Below are positions 58,580 through 64,000 of a DNA stretch of 64,000 nt, in pieces. Source of the stretch: an uncultured Acidobacteriota bacterium (lineage in GTDB: Bacteria; Acidobacteriota; Vicinamibacteria; Vicinamibacterales; 2-12-FULL-66-21). Within the stretch, counting starts at the first letter, position 1, and every line of letters begins with the position of its first letter. The DNA is taken from assembly GCA_963749835.1 (NCBI GenBank), contig CAVVOD010000003.1, positions 257,045 to 321,044 on the forward strand, given 5' to 3'. A program made the position numbers and the translations under genes. Below the pieces are notes generated by a model. That model had not been told where the DNA came from. It did no database searches and saw only the letters and a program-made list of their open reading frames with translations.

Positions 58580-58963
58580 CTACTTCGAAGGACGGCGCAG
58601 TGTCTTCTTCTTCGCGGCCTTCTCCTTCATGAGTGCTTCGGCGATTTCGGCCATCGCAAAAGTGCGTTCGTCGTCCAGGGATCGGATGGCCGGTTGATTC
58701 CACCAGGAGCGCCTGGGAGACGGGCTCGTCTCGTCCCAGTGGTTCATCACGGCATCGAACATTCGCCCTTCTGCCAATTCGACAACATCGTCATCGTGGT
58801 AGAACTCGTCGTCGAGCCGCCGTTTCAAGTGAAACGGCACTACCTCCTTCCACCTTTGATCACCGACCTTTCTGTTGAGCGTGCGTCGCATGGTGTCGCG
58901 GAACTCAGCAACGCGTGCCGGGGATCCAAGCACTACCAGGCGATTGAGGTAAGTCACAGACAT
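58580..58963 (-). CDS. Hypothetical protein (127 aa), lower-GC
   Basis: The ORF has codon-like third-position bias. MSVTYLNRLVVLGSPARVAEFRDTMRRTLNRKVGDQRWKEV... with a Lys-rich C-terminus. No family recognised. Confidence 0.45.
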   Translation of the reverse strand: MSVTYLNRLVVLGSPARVAEFRDTMRRTLNRKVGDQRWKEVVPFHLKRRLDDEFYHDDDVVELAEGRMFDAVMNHWDETSPSPRRSWWNQPAIRSLDDERTFAMAEIAEALMKEKAAKKKTLRRPSK

Positions 58964-58980
58964 TCGGTTCTCCGCTTGAA

Positions 58981-58997
58981 GCTGATAGCTGATAGCT
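58981..58997. repeat. Heptamer repeat GCTGATA x2 (+ partial)
   Basis: gctgata gctgata gct. It lies in the divergent gap between the hypothetical gene and vapB. Confidence 0.5.
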
Positions 58998-59035
58998 ATG
59001 TTGACATCTGATGCGTGATGCGAGATGTTAACGAG

Positions 59036-59260
59036 GTGCGGACAACATTGGATATAGAGGACGACGTGCTGCAGGCGGCGAAAGAGATTGCCGCCAGTCG
59101 TGGCGTGACTGCGGGCAGCGTGGTGTCCGAACTGATCCGCAAAGCCCTCCAGCCTGCGGCCGGTGCAGCGCGCGTGCGCAATGGTGTGCCCCTGCTTTCA
59201 CGCCCACCGGGAACGCCGGTGATGACGATGAAGGTGGTCAATGAATTGAGAGACGAGTGA
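59036..59260 (+). CDS. VapB-type antitoxin
   Basis: The track ORF is 59015..59260. GTG 59036 gives (M)RTTLDIEDDVLQAAKEIAASRGVTAGSVVSELI, the usual VapB N-terminus. Confidence 0.7.
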   Translation: MRTTLDIEDDVLQAAKEIAASRGVTAGSVVSELIRKALQPAAGAARVRNGVPLLSRPPGTPVMTMKVVNELRDE

Positions 59261-59703
59261 GGCGTCCGGCGTTGCTCGATGTGAACGTGCTCGTCGCACT
59301 GTTCGATGCCGCGCACGTGCACCACGAAGCGGCCCACGACTGGTTCTCGGACAACCGGAAGGACGGCTGGGCGACCTGCGCGATTACGGAGAACGGATTC
59401 CTGCGTGTCCTGACGAATCCAAAGTCTGGCCTGACTGAACGTGCGCCCGCGATCCTCGACGGCCTCAGAGTCTTCTCCGCCAGCGGCCACCATGTGTTCT
59501 GGCCGGACGTCCTGTCGCTTCGCGACGAGCTATTCGACCTGTCACAGGCCCAGGGTCATCGTCAGGTGACCGACATCTACCTGCTGGGACTCGCGGCAAA
59601 AATGGGCGGCGTACTTGCGACGTTCGACCGATCGATCCCGGTGAAGGCCGTCAGAAACGCGCGAGCCGACACGCTTGCGGTCATCGCATCGGTCGCTGAC
59701 TGA
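59257..59703 (+). CDS. PIN-domain ribonuclease toxin VapC
   Basis: 148 aa. MRRPALLDVNVLVALFDAAHVHHEAAHDWF and VTDIYLLGLAAKMGGVLATFD. 4-nt overlap with vapB. Confidence 0.85.
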   Translation: MRRPALLDVNVLVALFDAAHVHHEAAHDWFSDNRKDGWATCAITENGFLRVLTNPKSGLTERAPAILDGLRVFSASGHHVFWPDVLSLRDELFDLSQAQGHRQVTDIYLLGLAAKMGGVLATFDRSIPVKAVRNARADTLAVIASVAD

Positions 59704-59742
59704 CGCACGACTCGATCGTCGCGCAGGCGGGCGGCTGCTGGT

Positions 59743-59991
59743 TCAGGAAATCACGTCGTCCATCAACCCTTGTATCTCGGAGCGCCATTGCAGGCGCTGC
59801 GTGACGTCGGCTCGCCGTGCGGCGACCCAGGCGAGCACCTGCGCGAGCTCGCACGCATCCTCACACGGTGCTGTGGTTCCCTGGACGCGAACGCGATCCG
59901 TGAGTTTCTGCGCATGCGGGGCCACCCTCTTGTGCGCCGGGGTCCCGTCGTAACCGGATGCAGCGACGCCGGAGACTCGGGCGGCGGCCAT
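59743..59991 (-). CDS. Hypothetical small protein (82 aa)
   Basis: The ORF has high third-position GC and is last in a minus-strand run after vapBC and the 60104..60352 ORF. No family recognised. Confidence 0.35.
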   Translation of the reverse strand: MAAARVSGVAASGYDGTPAHKRVAPHAQKLTDRVRVQGTTAPCEDACELAQVLAWVAARRADVTQRLQWRSEIQGLMDDVIS

Positions 59992-60103
59992 CGGTCCTCA
60001 GGCCGCAGCGACAGGCCCGTCCAATGTGGAAGCCTCATTGAAGGCAGTCTACCGGGAGGCCGTGACAGGTCGGGTCATACGCCCGTTGTTCGCCCGCGCC
60101 GAT

Positions 60104-60352
60104 TCAGGCCTCGGGCTTTGTCTTCAACAGGGCGTCGTTTTCCTTGATAAACGCACGAATTTCGTCAGCCATGGACAGCAGCCTGGTCCACTGCTCCTTG
60201 TAGAGCGTCACCGGGAACCGGCCAAGCCCGTAGACCGAGACGCCGCCTTTCTCGCTCACTTTGAGGCTGACGCTTCGGCCTCGCTGGCTCTTGAGTTGCT
60301 CATTCTCCGCTTTGAGCCGCGCGAGTTCGGCTTTCAAGTCTTCGTCTGACAT
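60104..60352 (-). CDS. Hypothetical small coiled-coil protein (82 aa)
   Basis: MSDEDLKAELARLKAENEQLKSQRGRSVSLKVSEKGGVSVYGLGRFPVTLYKEQWTRLL... It looks like a conserved small protein, but I cannot name a family. Confidence 0.5.
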   Translation of the reverse strand: MSDEDLKAELARLKAENEQLKSQRGRSVSLKVSEKGGVSVYGLGRFPVTLYKEQWTRLLSMADEIRAFIKENDALLKTKPEA

Positions 60353-60397
60353 CTGGGATCTCCAATTGTGTGACGCCGATCAGGGCTCGGAATCTGG

Positions 60398-60805
60398 CTA
60401 GAGAATGCGGCCGTGCAGCATGATGGGCAGAACGGCAGCGAACCGCGTGAAGTCGGCGTCGGCAGTCAGGATCGGAAGGTTACGCCGTTCGGCCGCCGCA
60501 CAGATCAGGAAGTCAGTATTTGATCCCTGCACCCCCTGCGCACGACATGTGTTGAAGTGCTCGGCCGCCCGCTCGAAGTCGGCCGTGTCGAGTGGTTCGT
60601 CGGAAAACGGCCGCAGGTGATGCCGCAACCGCTCAAACGTGTCGTGACTACGGATGCCGCTCAGCAGCTCCTGGCGGATCACGCCGAGCATCGCGACTCG
60701 TCCTTCGTCGATGAGCGACCGGAGCTCGTCCACCGCGGCGCTCGGCTGGGACGTGCGACGACGCAGCGCGAGCGACCATACGGAAGTGTCGACCACGACC
60801 TTCAT
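60398..60805 (-). CDS. PIN-domain ribonuclease toxin VapC
   Basis: 135 aa. MKVVVDTSVWSLAL and GSNTDFLICAAAERRNLPILTADADF. Confidence 0.85.
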   Translation of the reverse strand: MKVVVDTSVWSLALRRRTSQPSAAVDELRSLIDEGRVAMLGVIRQELLSGIRSHDTFERLRHHLRPFSDEPLDTADFERAAEHFNTCRAQGVQGSNTDFLICAAAERRNLPILTADADFTRFAAVLPIMLHGRIL

Positions 60806-61002
60806 CGTCGGCGCCGCTGTTTCTTGTAGTCGTACTTCGGATCGTAGTCCACCGTGCCGAAGAGCCTTGCGACCTGCGCCTGGCGGCGTCGGGCGATATA
60901 CTCCTGCAGCGCCTCGGTGACAGCTTCTTTCTTGGTACGCCGGCCCCCCACTGCCACGGCTTCCTCGACGAGGGAGGGATCGAGGTCAAGGTTGGTTGCC
61001 AC
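60802..61002 (-). CDS. VapB-type antitoxin
   Basis: 66 aa. MATNLDLDPSLVEEAVAVGGRRTKKEAVTEALQEYI. 4-nt overlap with vapC. Confidence 0.75.
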   Translation of the reverse strand: MATNLDLDPSLVEEAVAVGGRRTKKEAVTEALQEYIARRRQAQVARLFGTVDYDPKYDYKKQRRRR

Positions 61003-61110
61003 TCACACATTACACCACACATTTGTCTGTGTGGACAAGTACTGCCAAGCTGGCACGTCGCTGCCAGCTCTTGACCGGCCCGGGGTCTGGCAGCGGTAGG
61101 GGACAGCGCG

Positions 61111-62064
61111 CTATCCCGCCGCCGTGACCTCGTCGTAAGCGGGCCCGAGCGGACGGGCGATCAGCGGGCCGTAGTCCTCGAAGCCTTTGATGATGTCGGT
61201 TGACGCCACGATCTGTTCGCGGGTCTTCCCTGCCTTCACCTGTGAGCGGACGTATTCGAGGAGCGCCGTCAGGTAGGTCGCATGATGATTGAGGTCGGCG
61301 CGGCTGCCGGTCACATCGAACTTCGGGCCTGCGTGGCCGAAGATGTAGATCGTATCCGCGGGCAGCTCCGCCGCGACCTTCTGGAGCACCACCGTCCAGT
61401 TCGCGATCGACGCGCCGTTCGTGCGGTCGATCACCGGGTGCGCGCGGTTGAACATCAAGTCCCCCATGTGCGCGACGTTCGCCCTTTCGAAGACGATCAC
61501 GACATCGCCGCCTGTGTGCGCAGAACCGTAGTGCTTCACAGATACGCGCTCGTCGCCGTGGTCGAATGCCAGGGCGTCCGTCAGCGTCTTGTCTGGAACC
61601 ACGGGCTCCGTCGGCGCAGGTGTTGTCGGCGCCGGTTTCTGCTCCGCGCGCCGCGACATGGCGAGCTCGAAGCTGGACTTCATGTACTTCGGCACGTTCG
61701 CGTGGCCGATGATCTGCTTCGTCTTTGGCCGGAACACGCCGTTGCCGCCGGTATGGTCGCCGTGATGATGACTGTTGACGAGCGTCGCGATGTCGGTCTT
61801 GCCCGACGTCTTCAACAGCTGCTCGACGCATAGCGCCGCGGTGTCGGGAAACTGGCTGTCGACCGCCACCACGCCTGTCGGATTGATGAGCCACCCGATT
61901 GTCCCGCCGCGCGCCGTCCAGTACCCGGTGTTCCGCCTGATCTCTTTGAACACCGGCGTAACCGGTTCTGGTGGCTGCTGGCCAAACAGCGTCAGCCGCC
62001 CGGAAGTGCTGGCCGCGATCGCGGCGGTGGAGGTCGCGAGGAAGTGACGGCGTGAGATAGGCAT
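61111..62064 (-). CDS. MBL-fold metallo-hydrolase with a twin-arginine signal
   Basis: 317 aa. MPISRRHFLATSTAAIAASTSG and NSHHHGDHTGGN. Confidence 0.85.
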   Translation of the reverse strand: MPISRRHFLATSTAAIAASTSGRLTLFGQQPPEPVTPVFKEIRRNTGYWTARGGTIGWLINPTGVVAVDSQFPDTAALCVEQLLKTSGKTDIATLVNSHHHGDHTGGNGVFRPKTKQIIGHANVPKYMKSSFELAMSRRAEQKPAPTTPAPTEPVVPDKTLTDALAFDHGDERVSVKHYGSAHTGGDVVIVFERANVAHMGDLMFNRAHPVIDRTNGASIANWTVVLQKVAAELPADTIYIFGHAGPKFDVTGSRADLNHHATYLTALLEYVRSQVKAGKTREQIVASTDIIKGFEDYGPLIARPLGPAYDEVTAAG

Positions 62065-62077
62065 GGGGGAGATGATA

Positions 62078-62148
62078 CAGCTATCAGACTTCAGCTATCA
62101 GCTATGAGTGGTCAGCCTGAAAGCTGACCGCTGATGGCTGACGGCTGG
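62078..62148. repeat. CAGCTAT heptamers, a perfect 7-bp hairpin, then GCTGA-type units (inverted arrangement)
   Basis: cagctatcagacttcagctatcagctatgag t GGTCAGC ctgaaa GCTGACC gctgatggctgacggctgg. Confidence 0.7.
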
Positions 62149-62152
62149 AGAG

Positions 62153-62706
62153 TCACACCAGCTCGGGCTCCCCTGCCGGCAGTTCGAGGCGGCTGATCGA
62201 GGGCAGCGACGGGACGAGACCCTGCAGGTCCCCATACATGCCGGAGATGTTGAACGTCACCGATTCGATCTGCTTCGTGCGCTTCGCCCACTGCCGCTCG
62301 GCCGCCCGTCGCTCCTGATCCAGATCTCCACGCACCCGTGCGAACGACTCGACGATGGCTTCGACGCGCTGCCTGAACTCGACGCCCGACAGGTACCGGT
62401 GAAGCAGCTCGAGCTTCTCCCCTTTGTTGAGCGCTGCGCTCCGAGTTTGCGAGACCTGCAACAGATTTGACCGGAGCAGGGCCGCCACCGGTGCTGCGCA
62501 GATGAAGTCCGTGACGATGACTCCCTCGATCAGCGCGAACCGGCGGCACCCTTTCGGGAGACAAACTGGGAACGCAGCGCGCGCTCGCGTTTCTCGAGCG
62601 TTTCTTCGTACTGCTCCCTTATGGAGCTCTCGATTTCAGCCCGCAGCGCGCGGGTCAGGGGAATCTTCTTGCCGCAGGATGGACAGGAGATGGATTGTTC
62701 GGCCAT
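62153..62706 (-). pseudogene. DUF2130-family gene remnant (N-terminal zinc-ribbon piece joined out of frame to the C-terminal ~135 aa; middle missing)
   Basis: N-terminal piece from ATG 62706: MAEQSISCPSCGKKIPLTRALRAEIESSIREQYEETLEKRERALRSQF, then a stop. The C-terminal piece in another frame reads FALIEGVIVTDFICAAPVAALLRSNLLQVSQTRSAALNKGEKLELLHRYLSGVEFRQRVEAIVESFARVRGDLDQERRAAERQWAKRTKQIESV. The DUF2130 layout is from memory. Confidence 0.55.
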
Positions 62707-63024
62707 GGCACCTCGCTTCTGGAGCGAGTGTATGAGGGGGCCGTGACAGGGCTGGTCATACGTGTTGTGTTCGCCTCCCACCATCCCTACTTGTGGAGTC
62801 GAGATCAGTGTGCGGGAGAGCCGATTGCCGGTTCATCCACGGTGCTTCTCGACCACGGTCGTCAGCGCGTTGCGCACATCCCCGTCATTTCGGTTCAGCC
62901 GGAGAACGATCGAGATCCCGCCTAGCGAGGGGTCAGGACAGGGCGGGTCATGCGCCCACCTTTCGCCAGACGAACTGGGAGGTATGAGCCTTTCCGACTG
63001 AAAGCGGAAGCCACGTGGCGGAGT

Positions 63025-63744
63025 TCAGGGACGCCGGCAGAGAAAGACTTCGGAGCCGAGTCCCTCGATCACACAGTCGACGTTCTCTGCCCTGAACCCC
63101 ACGCTCGACAGGATCCGCAGCCACGTATCCCTGGCGAAGAGTCCCTCGATGTGCTGATCGTGGTGCACGGTGACCTTGCCGTCCTCTCGAAGGGCGAACA
63201 CGTAGTCGGTCGTGAAGGTGCTGTCGGTCGGATCGGGATCCCAGAACCACTCCACGCACCGAAGAGAACGGCCATCAGCATCCCCGACCAGCAGGTCGCT
63301 CCTCTCCACGAACGTCTCCTTCACGCAGTCCGGCGCGAAGACGGCGGCACCCCCCGGACGCGTGTGCACGAACGCGGTCTCCGCTACGGCCTGGAGATCC
63401 TCTTCGGTGGTGATGTACATGACGGCGTCGTGCACGAAGACGGCGTCGAACAGCCGCCCGAGCCGCAGCGAGCGCATGTCGCCGATGAGGTGCTCGCAGT
63501 CCGGGTTCTGGCGTCGGCTGAGCGCGAGCATGTCGGCCGAGCGATCAGTCAGCGTGCACCGGAACTGGCGCTTCATGTGAAACGCGTTGTTCCCGGCGCC
63601 GCAGCCGAGCTCGAGCAACGTTTCCGCAGCACCCGAGACGCCGCGCACGAGCGCGGCCTCGTAGCACGCCGCCTCGTCGGCATGGTCCTCGACAGGATCC
63701 AGGAGGGGATACCAATGGGCCGCGAGCTCACTATAAATAAGCAT
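63025..63744 (-). CDS. Class I SAM-dependent methyltransferase
   Basis: 239 aa. SAM motif LLELGCGAGNNAF, then FDAVFVHDAVMYI. Confidence 0.8.
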   Translation of the reverse strand: MLIYSELAAHWYPLLDPVEDHADEAACYEAALVRGVSGAAETLLELGCGAGNNAFHMKRQFRCTLTDRSADMLALSRRQNPDCEHLIGDMRSLRLGRLFDAVFVHDAVMYITTEEDLQAVAETAFVHTRPGGAAVFAPDCVKETFVERSDLLVGDADGRSLRCVEWFWDPDPTDSTFTTDYVFALREDGKVTVHHDQHIEGLFARDTWLRILSSVGFRAENVDCVIEGLGSEVFLCRRP

Positions 63745-64000
63745 CTTGCTCCTCGAGAGCGAGTCCTGATGTCGCCACAGCGCACTATCGTAGCCGAGGG
63801 ACGACCGCCGTTCTACCGAGTGGGGAGGAGAGCGTTTTCATCGGCTGCATGAGGCGCAATCTGCACTTCCCTCCACCCGCCGGTGTGGCAGCCGCTGCCA
63901 CTTCAATCTTCTCGTCGCGCGATTCCGTCCTGATCTCGAAGCGCCGAACATGGCCCGTTGTTCGCACGAGTGACGATGCTAGGATGGAGGCGCGATGACG

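Noticed and set aside
63985-64000. Possible gene start (GGAGG ... ATGACG) at the right edge of the window
   Set aside because: Only two codons are visible, which is too little to support a feature.

Overview
This is a visibly high-GC bacterial chromosomal window. The gene content points to Acidobacteriota (VWFA-related 'acidobacterial' domain protein, PVC-type haem-binding dehydrogenase-like giants, DUF1080 proteins, TAT-exported TIM barrels); this is inference only, since no search was possible. About three quarters of the window (1-47100) is a carbohydrate-oxidation supercluster. It holds four paralogous ~880-965-aa exported haem-c proteins, three of them with discoidin-like tails, and a cytochrome-c::PQQ-type sugar dehydrogenase fusion. 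It also holds two DUF1080 proteins, two Gfo/Idh/MocA oxidoreductases, five xylose-isomerase-like TIM barrels (two with twin-arginine signals), a mutarotase, an SDR, a ThuA-like protein, a LacI regulator with a candidate operator, xylA/xylB, a phosphofructokinase and a sugar ABC importer. The remainder carries an amino-acid ABC system, housekeeping-like genes and a lower-GC stretch (about 54.9-63 kb) with three vapBC pairs, small unknown ORFs and a DUF2130 remnant.

Three things are not explained by the genes:
- Nearly every intergenic gap is filled with 7-9-nt tandem repeat arrays. Some are arranged as inverted arms, and some are textbook G-quadruplex motifs.
- A conserved 33-nt element occurs in four copies and always reads as a 10-codon micro-ORF, MGTLTF(T/S)(V/L)(S/T)(C/H).
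- GGRG/Pro-Ala low-complexity inserts recur in at least 12 exported proteins.

At least 13 single-base frameshifts interrupt otherwise well-conserved genes, and seven of them fall in one ASPIC/UnbV gene. This indicates either pseudogenisation or indel errors in the assembly. I recognised no rRNA, tRNA, CRISPR array, transposase or integrase.
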